Made by a program: the position numbers and the translations under genes
Virus record (IMG/VR): IMGVR_UViG_3300012206_000008
Location: 1-58,998 of that record
Length of the DNA: 58,998 nucleotides
Source of the DNA: a virus
Lineage: Duplodnaviria; Caudoviricetes
Strand: one strand, 5' to 3'
Part shown: positions 46,657-56,598 of the stretch, piece by piece
Layout: each line of letters begins with the position of its first letter
Numbering within the stretch: the stretch's first letter is position 1
The notes under the pieces: model-generated
What the model was told of the DNA's origin: nothing
Database searches by the model: none
Seen by the model: the letters and a program-made list of their open reading frames with translations, nothing else

Positions 46657-47717
46657 GTCAGGGACGATTACAGCAAGTCGTAAAAGACTATCGGCAAGCC
46701 CTCAAGCAACGTGAAGCTGAAGCCTCGCAGGCTTTAGAGCAAGCCTATGCGCAAGTCCTTGCACAGATACAGCCTCATCTTGACAAGCTCTACCTCCTTA
46801 TTGCCGAGCGAAAAGCCAACGGCGAGGAGGCCACACCGGCTTTGTTGTATGAACAACGTCGCTTAGAGACCCTGAAACTCTTCATCACACACGCTATCTC
46901 CCATTTTGGTGCATTAAGTCATATGACCGTTTCGCAACTGCAACACGAAGCCGTTACCCTTGGTCAAGAGGCGGCACAAGCCTTGATGCAAGCCACTGTA
47001 CCCAAAGGCGTGTCGTTCTCGTTTGGTGTTCCTGACCCATCAGCTATAGCAAGCATTCTCGGTGCGACACAAGCCGGTTCACCTCTTGCCGACCTCTTCA
47101 ATGGCTTTGGGCAAGAAGCGGCTAAACTCACGAGTGAGGCTCTCATACGTGGGTTGACCTTGGGCAATAATCCCAGGCAAATCGCACGGGATGTTCAGCA
47201 GGCATTAGGGGTATCACGCAATCGGGCTTTGGTCATATCACGCGACCAATCCAATCGTGCATACCGGTCTGCATCCCTCGAAAATTATCGGGCAAATGAA
47301 GCGTCTCTGAGTGGATATCGTCGACAAGCTGACCTCTCAGCTAGAACGTGTGCCGCTTGCCTGGCACTTGATGGCAAGGAGTACCGCTTGGATGAAGACC
47401 CTGAACTTCACACGTGTGACCGGTGTGTGATGGTTCCCATCACGAAGTCTTGGGAGGACATTTTATCAGGTTTGGGCATAGATACCTCAGATATACCGGA
47501 GACGAGTGTGAGTGTGAGTGAGCGAGAAACGGGTCAGGATTGGTTGGCAAACCAAGATGAGGCGACACAGCGTCAAGTCCTGGGTAATGCGGGTTATGAG
47601 TTGTATGCGTCGGGGGACGCAAATTTGCAAGACTTTGCACAGACCTCACATGACCCTGATTGGGGGCCACAATTGGCCGTGAGACCGGTCAAAGAATTAG
47701 CGAAAGGCAAATCATGA
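46653..47717 (+). CDS. Minor head (MuF/SPP1 gp7-like) protein
   Basis: RTCAACLALDG...HTCDRCVMVP. Confidence 0.8.
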   Translation: MSQGRLQQVVKDYRQALKQREAEASQALEQAYAQVLAQIQPHLDKLYLLIAERKANGEEATPALLYEQRRLETLKLFITHAISHFGALSHMTVSQLQHEAVTLGQEAAQALMQATVPKGVSFSFGVPDPSAIASILGATQAGSPLADLFNGFGQEAAKLTSEALIRGLTLGNNPRQIARDVQQALGVSRNRALVISRDQSNRAYRSASLENYRANEASLSGYRRQADLSARTCAACLALDGKEYRLDEDPELHTCDRCVMVPITKSWEDILSGLGIDTSDIPETSVSVSERETGQDWLANQDEATQRQVLGNAGYELYASGDANLQDFAQTSHDPDWGPQLAVRPVKELAKGKS

Positions 47718-48004
47718 TTACTCAAGAGCAAGCGGAACACGCGTTTTATGCACACTACTTACAACCACAGTCCTCTTCCAAGCCTGAAATACGTCATGTG
47801 CAATTCGAGCAAGTTGACACGGCTACGATAGAGCTTGATGACGATATCGGCCCGTTTGACTTGCAAGAGCAGGGATGGAAATGCACCTTCGAGATACGCT
47901 ATAGACGATTGCATTTAGGTGAATGGACGGGAGACTATTCTGAGTGGCGAAAAAAGACATGCTACATCGTTGAGCCAGAGCCAGGGCCATATGTGCTTGA
48001 TTGA
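47714..48004 (+). CDS. Hypothetical protein
   Basis: ATGA coupling. Confidence 0.5.
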   Translation: MITQEQAEHAFYAHYLQPQSSSKPEIRHVQFEQVDTATIELDDDIGPFDLQEQGWKCTFEIRYRRLHLGEWTGDYSEWRKKTCYIVEPEPGPYVLD

Positions 48005-48104
48005 AGACAAGAAAGGAAGCATCTCACGATGGGATACATACAAATTGGCATCTGTCCAGAACATGACCTATGCACAGTTTCAGGCATTGAAAGGCAAATG
48101 AACC

Positions 48105-48383
48105 ATGATAACAAATCAAGGCTACGATATCATCAAGCAGCATCTCGCCGAACAAGCCATTGCCTTTGTGGAGTCCATGTGGGAGATTGTCAAAGGCTTT
48201 GCAGACACCGACCCCTATGTTTACAACGACAATAGCGGCATGATGGAATGCCTGTATTGCTTTGACTCGTATGGATGGGCACCAACTGACAAGCATACGA
48301 AAACGCATGATGCGGATTGCTTGTGGCTACAGGCTCATAATCTTGTTGAACAGGCACAAGAACGGGAGAAAGAACCATCATGA
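48105..48383 (+). CDS. Hypothetical protein
   Basis: CLYC...HDADC. Confidence 0.5.
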   Translation: MITNQGYDIIKQHLAEQAIAFVESMWEIVKGFADTDPYVYNDNSGMMECLYCFDSYGWAPTDKHTKTHDADCLWLQAHNLVEQAQEREKEPS

Positions 48384-48550
48384 AAGCACTCCTCGCACCC
48401 ACCTTCATCGTCGCCTTCTTCATTCTCGTGCGAGCGGGCGACTTGGCTTTTACGTATGGCCTTGCACGAGAGTATATCAGAGCCATTCTGTATGCTCTCG
48501 CTGCCATATTAGCTTTAGTTGTGGTTATCCTGGCCTTATTGGCCGTGTGA
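48380..48550 (+). CDS. Small two-TM membrane protein
   Basis: MKALLAPTFIVAFFILV...ILALLAV; not in ORF track. Confidence 0.5.
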   Translation: MKALLAPTFIVAFFILVRAGDLAFTYGLAREYIRAILYALAAILALVVVILALLAV

Positions 48551-48565
48551 GAAAGGAGACTCGCG

Positions 48566-48850
48566 ATGACTTCTGAGCAACTCGGTTCCTTGTTGGGGCC
48601 AAAGATGCTGAGAGCTCTGGCAATAAGCTTGACCTCTGCTGGACGAGCGAGACTAGACAAAGAAGCCCGATATGAGCAAGAGATACTCAAAGTGATGTGT
48701 GTGCTTCCTGGCAAGTATCGATACGCGCAGGTAGAGGCCGCTATCAATGCGTCAGGGACGTGGCCAGAGGACATTTATGAATGCCTTGCTGCGAACAATC
48801 AGACTTTTGCGCTAGTACGATTCTATGAGGCTCTGAACGGGCCACAATGA
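48566..48850 (+). CDS. Hypothetical protein
   Basis: AAGGAG RBS. Confidence 0.55.
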   Translation: MTSEQLGSLLGPKMLRALAISLTSAGRARLDKEARYEQEILKVMCVLPGKYRYAQVEAAINASGTWPEDIYECLAANNQTFALVRFYEALNGPQ

Positions 48851-49143
48851 GAAAGGAAACTATGAATAAACAAGAACTCATTGAATTGCTCGCAGACAAA
48901 GAACATGATAGTTGGGCACGCTGGCAATCGTATCTCTTTTCTCGGTGTCCATTCACCCTAGAAGGAGATGCAATTATTCCGCGTGAACTGGTACAACGCT
49001 GGAAAAGACAAATAAATACTCCTTATGCAGAACTATCCGAGCAAGAGAAGCAATCAGACAGGAATGAAGTGGCTCATATCGTGCCTCTCATCGACACGTA
49101 CGTGTCTTGGCTCAGAAAGGAGACCAATGACCAAACCACCTGA
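48847..49143 (+). CDS. Hypothetical protein (EHDSW...YAELSEQEKQSDR motif)
   Basis: Motif reminiscent of RyR-repeat-like phage proteins. Confidence 0.55.
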   Translation: MRKETMNKQELIELLADKEHDSWARWQSYLFSRCPFTLEGDAIIPRELVQRWKRQINTPYAELSEQEKQSDRNEVAHIVPLIDTYVSWLRKETNDQTT

Positions 49144-49357
49144 ACCCAATCCGCGCAAATGTCACACGGAAGATGCCATGCGACGTGCCTTAGCCCGTTT
49201 TGCCGCGTTGCGTGACCATCTCAACTTGCTACGTGACGACGATGACCCTGTAGCACTGCTTGAAGATGCCATTGAGGAAGTGTTGCAACGACGGCAAACC
49301 ATGCAAGAGCATCTGGCGTATATGCAGATGCAAGTGGTGAAGATGGCACGGCAATAA
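49127..49357 (+). CDS. Hypothetical protein
   Basis: AAAGGAG RBS. Confidence 0.5.
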   Translation: MTKPPEPNPRKCHTEDAMRRALARFAALRDHLNLLRDDDDPVALLEDAIEEVLQRRQTMQEHLAYMQMQVVKMARQ

Positions 49358-49368
49358 GGAGGTGCATT

Positions 49369-49968
49369 ATCAAATACTGGCTAGACTCTGAATTTCTGGA
49401 TACCGGAGACAAGATAGACTTGGTATCTATCGGGATTGTGTGTGAGGATGGACGTGAACTGTATGCTCAGTCTTGCGAGTTTGACTACAGACAAGCATCC
49501 GCGTGGGTCAAAGAAAACGTGCTTCGTCATTTGCCGATGTGTCCTTGGGCACCTCCATCAGAAAAGGAGATACCTGGGCTTTATCGTGCTGATAGAGCCT
49601 ATCACAAAAAGTATGGTGGGCAATGCATAGACCAGCAACGCGGACTCATTCATAATTGTCCTTGGCGTACACGTGAGCAATTGAAGCGTGATATCCTCTC
49701 ATTTATGGATGTTGAGGCATATGGCAAGCCTGAACTGTATGGGTGGTGTGCGAGTTACGATTTTGTCGCTCTCTGTCAGCTCTTTGGAACCATGATGGAC
49801 TTGCCTGCTGGCTATCCGCACTATATTTGCGACTTGCAACAGACATTAGACGAACGAGGCATTCTCGACAATATGTTACCCAAGCAAGAAAGCGGTATCC
49901 ATAATGCTCTTGAAGACGCAAGACACACCAAGCGATTGTGGGAATGGTTGAGGGAACAGCATGAGTAA
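49369..49968 (+). CDS. DEDDh 3'-5' exoribonuclease (Rv2179c/DUF5051-like)
   Basis: YWLDSEF...LVSIGIVCEDGRELY; ASYDFV; HNALEDARH; needs an ATC/ATT start. Confidence 0.8.
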   Translation: MKYWLDSEFLDTGDKIDLVSIGIVCEDGRELYAQSCEFDYRQASAWVKENVLRHLPMCPWAPPSEKEIPGLYRADRAYHKKYGGQCIDQQRGLIHNCPWRTREQLKRDILSFMDVEAYGKPELYGWCASYDFVALCQLFGTMMDLPAGYPHYICDLQQTLDERGILDNMLPKQESGIHNALEDARHTKRLWEWLREQHE

Positions 49969-50098
49969 ACTGGCTTTGCAAGCAGCTTCTTGCTTTACAA
50001 GTAAGCGCAAAAGTGGTACAATTGATCTAGAAATATTGTTGCCCCTGCGGGTACTGGAATACCCCAGAGGCCGGATACACCTGATTGGAGATGTACCA

Positions 50099-50728
50099 AT
50101 GGATACTGTATCACCTCATACACAAGATGACAATACTCCTAGGAAGCAATGCAAAGGCCCATGCAGTCGTTGGCTTCCCGCTACCCCTGAGTTCTTCAAA
50201 ATCCATTATAAGGCAAAAGATGGATTGGTAGCTAAGTGCAGAGAATGTAGAGACGTAATAAGGATATGTGGTGTATGTGGATCACAGAAGACGAGGAGAA
50301 TGGTGAGCGGAACAAGCCGTTCTGTATGTAAAGTATGTGAGCGGCGGCATGGTTATGAGTCATTCAAGCGTAAGGGGTCTCCGCCTACTACCGATGCCAT
50401 AAGAGCTATAAAGGCGCGGAATCGTAATAAGATAAGACCGAGTGGACTTAAAAATGCCAAAGTATGGAGACTAAGAACAGACTTTGGCCTTGAGGAAGCA
50501 GATTACTTACGTTTGTTAGAATCTCAGGACGGACATTGTGCTATCTGTCAAAAACAACTACTAAAGGGTGCCCATGTAGACCATGACCATGAAACTGGAG
50601 TGGTTCGAGGCATTTTATGTAATCGCTGTAACATCGGACTTGGATATTTCTCTGAAAGTCCTGAAAGTCTGAGAAATGCTGCGTTCTACATTGAGTCTTG
50701 GAAGGGGTATCCACATGAAACGCCGTGA
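50099..50728 (+). CDS. Endonuclease VII-type homing endonuclease
   Basis: CAIC...HVDHDHETGVVRGILCNRCNIGLG; own TG-TACAAT -10 box and hairpin upstream. Confidence 0.85.
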   Translation: MDTVSPHTQDDNTPRKQCKGPCSRWLPATPEFFKIHYKAKDGLVAKCRECRDVIRICGVCGSQKTRRMVSGTSRSVCKVCERRHGYESFKRKGSPPTTDAIRAIKARNRNKIRPSGLKNAKVWRLRTDFGLEEADYLRLLESQDGHCAICQKQLLKGAHVDHDHETGVVRGILCNRCNIGLGYFSESPESLRNAAFYIESWKGYPHETP

Positions 50729-50879
50729 TATTCATGAGTTTCAGCAAGTCCTCGATGACCGTGGTATCTCTGATGAGGAGATACCCGAACAAGAAGAGGG
50801 ATTACACAACGCATTAGCCGATGCTCAACATCTCAAAAAGGTGTGGGGGTATATCGTGCGAAATGATGCTTGGCAATAA
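50705..50879 (+). pseudogene. Displaced 3' fragment of the exoribonuclease gene
   Basis: GYPH...IHEFQQVLDDRGI...HNALADAQH matches the C-terminus of 49369-49968. Confidence 0.75.
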
Positions 50880-50964
50880 GGCGCTTGGTATTACATCTAT
50901 CTGTCTGTCCTATCACCATATCATCATATTGCATTGACAATATGAGAAGGAAGCAAGTATACTC

Positions 50965-51654
50965 ATGGGAGAAACACCCTCAACTGAAGGTGCAAGCGTG
51001 ACGCCGACACCGACAGCACCGCCCGCGACGGGCACATCGAACACGGCCCCAGGTAGCGCGACGCCACCAACGAAGCCGAGCGTAAGTATTGAGGACGCAT
51101 TAGCACGTATCGCGGAATTAGAACACGCGAACAAGAACGCCACGGAGGAACGCGACCGGCATCGCAAGAAACTCTCGACGTATGAAGAGGCGGAAAAGAA
51201 AGCACAAGACGCCCAACTCTCTGAGGTCGAACGTATCAAGAAGCAACACGCCGATTTGCAAGTCCAGCATGATACCTATGTTCGCACCATGCAAGAACGG
51301 CTTATCAAAGCAGAGATACAGTTGCAAGCCAGTAAGTTGCATGTGATTGACCCTGGCGACGCAGCCAAGCTTCTTGACTGGTCTGAGTTGGAATATGATG
51401 AGGATGGCATGCCCAAGAATGCAGATAAGCTCCTGGAAAAGTTGTTGAAAGCGAAGCCCTATCTGGCATTAGCCTCACAACAACAGACAGAGCCAACGCA
51501 GAACGGCACCACGCCAGCACAAAACCCAACGAGACCGAATACGCCTGCTCTTCCTGCGATGAACCCAGGACGGACAACCATTACCCCGCCTGGACAGGCA
51601 CCCGGTCAACATCCCTCGAAAATTGGATGGGGTGACGTGTATAAACGCCCGTAA
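50965..51654 (+). CDS. Capsid scaffolding protein
   Basis: Coiled coil, LLKAKPYL, Pro-rich tail; upstream of capsid gene. Confidence 0.8.
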   Translation: MGETPSTEGASVTPTPTAPPATGTSNTAPGSATPPTKPSVSIEDALARIAELEHANKNATEERDRHRKKLSTYEEAEKKAQDAQLSEVERIKKQHADLQVQHDTYVRTMQERLIKAEIQLQASKLHVIDPGDAAKLLDWSELEYDEDGMPKNADKLLEKLLKAKPYLALASQQQTEPTQNGTTPAQNPTRPNTPALPAMNPGRTTITPPGQAPGQHPSKIGWGDVYKRP

Positions 51655-51745
51655 TCCCAGATGAACTGAATATCTTTTGTACCTCTTGCTCAGCACCTAA
51701 ACACGGTTTGGATATTGAGCTAGCGGTAGTCAGGAGATCCACGCT

Positions 51746-52753
51746 ATGGCTATTGGAGCCGGAACGGTGACATTGGCGGATTACGCTCTCATGAGCAATA
51801 GCCCGCTTATTCAGAAGGTCACTTACTCTCTTATCTTGTATGCCAACGTCATACAAGATATCCCTCTTGTCGAAAAGAAAAGCCTTGTCGTCAATGGCGC
51901 AAGGTTTGAAGGCAACCTTCCCACGGTCAACTGGTCGCAGCTCAATGCTGAAGGCGTGACCACCAAAGGCACGCCCACTCCCTATCAGGAACAAGCCTAT
52001 ATTATCCGCAACTACATTGATGTGGACAAGTTTCTGGTGGAGGAAGAAAACGCCATCGTTGACCCTCGTGGCGTGCAAACCGACGCCTATCTCAAAGCCC
52101 TCACCTATGACCTCAACTACAAGTTCATCAAGAATGACCATATCACCGGTGATGTGAACTCGTTTGTTGGGATTCGCTCCCGTATCGATAATGGCAGTGT
52201 GTTTGGTGTGCGTTCAGAGAACAAGATTGATGCCGGGGGAGTTGACCTCTCACAAGGCGGTCTCACCCAAGCCACAGCCAACAAGTTCTTGGAGCAGCTT
52301 GACCAACTTCTCTGGAGCGTAGATAGCCCAACCGGTTCGGGTGTGGTCCTCTACATGAATGAGGTTATGCGCCGACGTTTCGCCTTTGCCATGAGAACGA
52401 TGGGGACAAGCGGTGGCTTGGCTATCACTCAGGACCAGTTCAATCGCACGATTGAAATGTATAAGGGTGCGGTCATTCGTGACCCAGGCTACAAAGCCGA
52501 CCAGTCCACGCGTATCATCACCACCACGGAAACCAACCTCGGTGCTGATGGTTCATCCAACTTCACCAGCATTTACGCCGTGAATTATGATACTGACCAC
52601 TTCTTCGGCTGGCAGTTCAACCCGCCCAATGTCCAAGACTTGGGTTTGATTTACAATGGTGCGATATATCGCACGCTTATTGACTGGGCCTGTGGACTCG
52701 TGAATACCTCAAACCGCTCTCTGGGTCGTTTGTACGACATTAAGATATCGTGA
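51746..52753 (+). CDS. Major capsid protein
   Basis: 335 aa after scaffold; LYMNE; TSIYAV motif. Confidence 0.85.
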   Translation: MAIGAGTVTLADYALMSNSPLIQKVTYSLILYANVIQDIPLVEKKSLVVNGARFEGNLPTVNWSQLNAEGVTTKGTPTPYQEQAYIIRNYIDVDKFLVEEENAIVDPRGVQTDAYLKALTYDLNYKFIKNDHITGDVNSFVGIRSRIDNGSVFGVRSENKIDAGGVDLSQGGLTQATANKFLEQLDQLLWSVDSPTGSGVVLYMNEVMRRRFAFAMRTMGTSGGLAITQDQFNRTIEMYKGAVIRDPGYKADQSTRIITTTETNLGADGSSNFTSIYAVNYDTDHFFGWQFNPPNVQDLGLIYNGAIYRTLIDWACGLVNTSNRSLGRLYDIKIS

Positions 52754-52771
52754 GTCTGAAAGGAGAATATC

Positions 52772-53146
52772 ATGCCAACTGATGCACTGCTGTCTTTTCA
52801 GGCATCTGTAACAAAAACGGCGACCTTCAATTCAACAGGCGTGGATTTGGTGACGGGAACGCCACGGCGCGGTCTGAAATGTCGAGTCATCTATAGTGCT
52901 GCGAGCACCTCAGCTGGTGCTGGCTCGCTTACCTTCCGTGTCACCGAGTCCAGTGATAACAGCACGTTCACCGGCATAATGCAGACCACAGAAAGCACAG
53001 TAACGCTCTCGACAACTGCCGTGAGTGGAGAGCTCTTTATTCCCTTCGAAACCAGTAAACGCTATGTTCGTTTGGAGTTATCCGCCATCTCTGGTACGGG
53101 AGCGACAGTGACGTACTTCGCAGACCCCGTCCTATCCAGGCCGTAA
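52772..53146 (+). CDS. Capsid decoration/cement protein
   Basis: VTESSDNSTF...KRYVRL. Confidence 0.65.
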   Translation: MPTDALLSFQASVTKTATFNSTGVDLVTGTPRRGLKCRVIYSAASTSAGAGSLTFRVTESSDNSTFTGIMQTTESTVTLSTTAVSGELFIPFETSKRYVRLELSAISGTGATVTYFADPVLSRP

Positions 53147-53175
53147 GTTGAGAGTGTGAGGAGAGGAGACACGCG

Positions 53176-53769
53176 ATGGCCAGAAGTACGATGTCAAGTC
53201 TGATATCGCGTGTTCGCTTGCTCATAAACGACGCTGCCGGGTCAAGTCAGATATTCTCTGATGATGACATTCAGAACGTTATGGATGAAGCGCGCATAGA
53301 CTACAAAAATCTTGCCCTGGTTGCTCGCCCGACCTTCACGGGGTCAACGATAGCTTACCTCGACTATTGGGCTGATGTCGGCGGCGGTTGGGAAGACGGC
53401 TATACCTTGAAGCAATACCTCATCACGACCGTCACGGCAAGCGTGTTAGAGCCGATTGCAGGTCACTGGCAGTTTTCGGCGAGTACCTTCCCGCCTGTGT
53501 TCATCAATGGGTCTCAGCATGATGTGTATCGCGCAGCCGCCGATTTGCTAGAACGATGGGCTGCCAAGTATGCCACGCGGTTCGATTTTGCATCGGATGG
53601 TCAGAGTTTCAAAGTCTCCCAAGCCTCTCAGCAGTTGTGTGCTCTTGCCACACAATATCGCAGGAAACAACGTCCAGGCTCACTCACTCTGATACGCTCA
53701 GACATGGCCGGTAAGTCAGGGAGGGTGTCTTTGGGGCCACAAGAGATAGACCGTATGGCTAGTGGCTGA
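53176..53769 (+). CDS. Head-tail adaptor
   Basis: RVRLLIND...FSDDDI...VYRAAADLLERWA. Confidence 0.7.
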   Translation: MARSTMSSLISRVRLLINDAAGSSQIFSDDDIQNVMDEARIDYKNLALVARPTFTGSTIAYLDYWADVGGGWEDGYTLKQYLITTVTASVLEPIAGHWQFSASTFPPVFINGSQHDVYRAAADLLERWAAKYATRFDFASDGQSFKVSQASQQLCALATQYRRKQRPGSLTLIRSDMAGKSGRVSLGPQEIDRMASG

Positions 53770-53782
53770 TGGGAGAGTGTGA

Positions 53783-54139
53783 GTGTTAAGTTCCGCAGAA
53801 ATCACGAGCATGACCTCAGTTGTGGTCAGCAGTCTTGATATAACCGTCACCATCCAACGCAAGACAACTGCACCTGATGGCTATGGGCATACCACCGAGA
53901 CATGGGTAACACAGAGCACGCCGAAGGTCAATATCATGAAGCCGTCTGCTACGCAGTTGCAAGCCTTTGCTGGCATTATCGGGTCACAGTGGGCTGCACT
54001 GATACGGTTTGCACTGACGACGGACATTCGTGAAGGAGACCATATCCTTTATCAAGGTCAAACGTGGCTTGTTCAACACATACTCAACGCTGAGTCGTAC
54101 ACGTTTGTTTTAGATGCCTTGATGACAGTGGTGGTCTGA
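53783..54139 (+). CDS. Head closure/stopper protein
   Basis: TIQRKTTAPDGYG...DIREGDHI. Confidence 0.7.
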   Translation: MLSSAEITSMTSVVVSSLDITVTIQRKTTAPDGYGHTTETWVTQSTPKVNIMKPSATQLQAFAGIIGSQWAALIRFALTTDIREGDHILYQGQTWLVQHILNAESYTFVLDALMTVVV

Positions 54140-54150
54140 GGTGAGATGAA

Positions 54151-54555
54151 ATGGCAACAAGTTTTAACCACTACGCACAGCTTGCTACCGCATTCCATGA
54201 GGCGTGTAAGCAGATTGTTATCAAAACTGCGCATGACTGCCAAGCTAACATCCAAGCTCATATTAGAGCGAACGGTCAAATAGATACAGGCTTTATGGTC
54301 AATTCAGTCTATACAGTCACAAGTGAGGGAAGCAGTTACTCAGGTGGAACGGATGCTTTGCCAGAGGTACAAGCGCCTGAGAATGATACAACGGCTTATG
54401 TTGGTGTAGCGGCTTCATACGGCTACTGGCAGAATTATGGCACAACGAGACTTCCAGCCCGCCCCTTTTTTGAGCCTGGAATAGAAGAGACTCGTGCCTC
54501 GTTCGAGGCAGCCTGTGCCGCTATCGAAGACAAGATGAGGCAAGCTGGGATATGA
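54151..54555 (+). CDS. HK97 gp10-like neck protein
   Basis: DTG...S...YG.WQNYGT...ARPFFEP. Confidence 0.8.
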   Translation: MATSFNHYAQLATAFHEACKQIVIKTAHDCQANIQAHIRANGQIDTGFMVNSVYTVTSEGSSYSGGTDALPEVQAPENDTTAYVGVAASYGYWQNYGTTRLPARPFFEPGIEETRASFEAACAAIEDKMRQAGI

Positions 54556-54971
54556 GTGAAGTCGCGCAATGTTTTCAATGGATTGTTTCCACTTGCCAAG
54601 CCGATACGACTCTTATGGCATCAGCCACGGGTGGTATTTGGACAGGCTTTGCCGACCAAGGAACGATTGCGCCTTACGTGCTCATTGTGCAACAAGCCTC
54701 TCCTGATGCCTTAACGATGCAAGGGGTTCGTTTGTTTGCGAGGTTGCTTTTGCAAATCAAGGGCATTTCACCAGCATCCCAATTTGCAACGCTGGTCACG
54801 GTCGCAAATCGTCTCGATGCGCTTTTCAAGGATAAGCGCAATGTGGCTCTCAGCCTCGGTGGGGTCTTGAGTTGTTACCGCGAGTCTAGCCTTGCCTACG
54901 ATGAAGTCTCGAATGGAGTTCATATCTCCCACCTTGGTGGGTTGTACCATATTGACTTGCAAGGCAGTTAA
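54552..54971 (+). CDS. Tail terminator
   Basis: Position before tail tube; APYVLI. Confidence 0.65.
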   Translation: MSEVAQCFQWIVSTCQADTTLMASATGGIWTGFADQGTIAPYVLIVQQASPDALTMQGVRLFARLLLQIKGISPASQFATLVTVANRLDALFKDKRNVALSLGGVLSCYRESSLAYDEVSNGVHISHLGGLYHIDLQGS

Positions 54972-55001
54972 GCCAGGGATAAGTGGAAGTGAGGGAAGAA
55001 A

Positions 55002-56015
55002 ATGACGTGGACAGCCGAGCGGACTACGATAAATCAGAAGTGCCAAATAGGGGCAGAAAGCACAAGTGCTTTAGGAACGTCAGTAGCGGCGTCAAAACTG
55101 GTAGAATGCCTGGACTTTCAATTCCAGATAAACGGCGACACCAACCTATACACTCCTACTGGAAGAAAATATCCTAACATTTTGGAAGAAAATACAGAAT
55201 GGATTGATATGACTCTCGGTGGAAACCTCGATTATAATGGTGTCCTCTATCCACTCGCTGGTGTGATGGGTTCAGCGTCACCAGTGGCTCATGGCTCATC
55301 TGCGACCGCGAAAGATTGGGTGTTCACGCCACCGGTGACGGGTAGTGTTGTGCCACAAACCTACAGCATTGAACAGGGTGATACGGTGCGTGCTCACAAG
55401 TTCGCTTATGGTCTCTTCACTGAGTTTGGGTATAAAGGCACACGTAAAGACTTCACCTGCTCAGGCAAGGGCATTGCACAACCTCTCAGTGACGGTATAA
55501 CGATGACCAGTTCGCCCACCGCTGTCGCCTTATCGCCTGTCGTTGCCAAACACGTCAATGTCTATCTCGACTCGACATCAGGCGGGCTAGGAACGACACT
55601 TCTCACTCGTGTTCTCTCCGTGGATTACCTCTTCACGGGTTTATATGGGCCATTGTGGGTACTCAACCGTGCCACGACGGGATGGACGGCACATGTCGAC
55701 CTCATGCCAAAGGCCACTCTCAAACTCAAATTGGAAGCCGATGCAAATGGGATGGCCTTGCTCTCCTACTTGCAAGCAGGTTCCACGCAGTTTGTGCGTG
55801 TGAGTGCGCAGGGTGTGCAGATAGCCGCTGATGGGCCAGGGGCGGTCAATGCGACCATTCAGCATGATATGGCTGTGAAGATAAACAAACCCACGGGAAC
55901 GTTTGCCGACGACCAGGGGGTGTTCGCTCTCGAATGGGAACTCGATATCATCGAAGACCAAACGTGGGGCAAAGCCCAGACATTAACCGTTACCAACCTT
56001 ATCACTGCTCTTTAG
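55002..56015 (+). CDS. Major tail tube protein
   Basis: QIGAES...GTSVAA N-terminus; position. Confidence 0.75.
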   Translation: MTWTAERTTINQKCQIGAESTSALGTSVAASKLVECLDFQFQINGDTNLYTPTGRKYPNILEENTEWIDMTLGGNLDYNGVLYPLAGVMGSASPVAHGSSATAKDWVFTPPVTGSVVPQTYSIEQGDTVRAHKFAYGLFTEFGYKGTRKDFTCSGKGIAQPLSDGITMTSSPTAVALSPVVAKHVNVYLDSTSGGLGTTLLTRVLSVDYLFTGLYGPLWVLNRATTGWTAHVDLMPKATLKLKLEADANGMALLSYLQAGSTQFVRVSAQGVQIAADGPGAVNATIQHDMAVKINKPTGTFADDQGVFALEWELDIIEDQTWGKAQTLTVTNLITAL

Positions 56016-56022
56016 AGGGATT

Positions 56023-56406
56023 ATGCCAGTTAGTTTAGCCAAGATAGCCAGTAATACCGCGAGTGTAACTCTTGCCGTGGGTGAGGATACCGTCACGATT
56101 GTGTACTACCCATCTCGTGTGACGGAAAGGACGTTCGCACAATTGCAAGCCTTTAGTCGCATGAATGAGGCCACGATGGGGTCAACGTTTGGGGACTTCA
56201 ATGAGATGCTTGCCAAGCTTATCAAAAGTTGGGATGTGTATGAAGACGAAGAGCAGCAGGTGATGTTTCCACTTGACGCAGAGCGGTTATCAGAATTGCC
56301 ACTCGTGTTTCGCTCTGAAATCATGCGGGCTATTATGGGGGATATTCGCCCGGAAGCCTTCGCGTCTCAGACCAGGACGAGGTTGACCCCGAACTCCTTG
56401 GGTTGA
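56023..56406 (+). CDS. Tail assembly chaperone (G)
   Basis: LIKSWDV motif; between tube and tape measure genes. Confidence 0.7.
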   Translation: MPVSLAKIASNTASVTLAVGEDTVTIVYYPSRVTERTFAQLQAFSRMNEATMGSTFGDFNEMLAKLIKSWDVYEDEEQQVMFPLDAERLSELPLVFRSEIMRAIMGDIRPEAFASQTRTRLTPNSLG

Positions 56407-56597
56407 GACGCTACTTAGCCATGGGCGGACAAATGGGCTTTTGCCCTGACTGGTACCTGGTCATACAAGCGGCCAAGTATTTAGGGGTGGCCCCCTGGGA
56501 GATGTTAGAGCAGTCGGTGTGGTGGCGTGATCGCGCATTCATTGCGATGACAGCCGAAATTCAGGCAAAGCAAATCGTCAAGGGAGGAGGTGGTTAG
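56349..56597 (+). CDS. Tail assembly chaperone extension (T), -1 frame
   Basis: -1 frame open from CCCGGAA at 56349; AAKYLGVAPWE. Confidence 0.6.
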   Translation, partial: PGSLRVSDQDEVDPELLGLRRYLAMGGQMGFCPDWYLVIQAAKYLGVAPWEMLEQSVWWRDRAFIAMTAEIQAKQIVKGGGG

Positions 56598-56598
56598 C

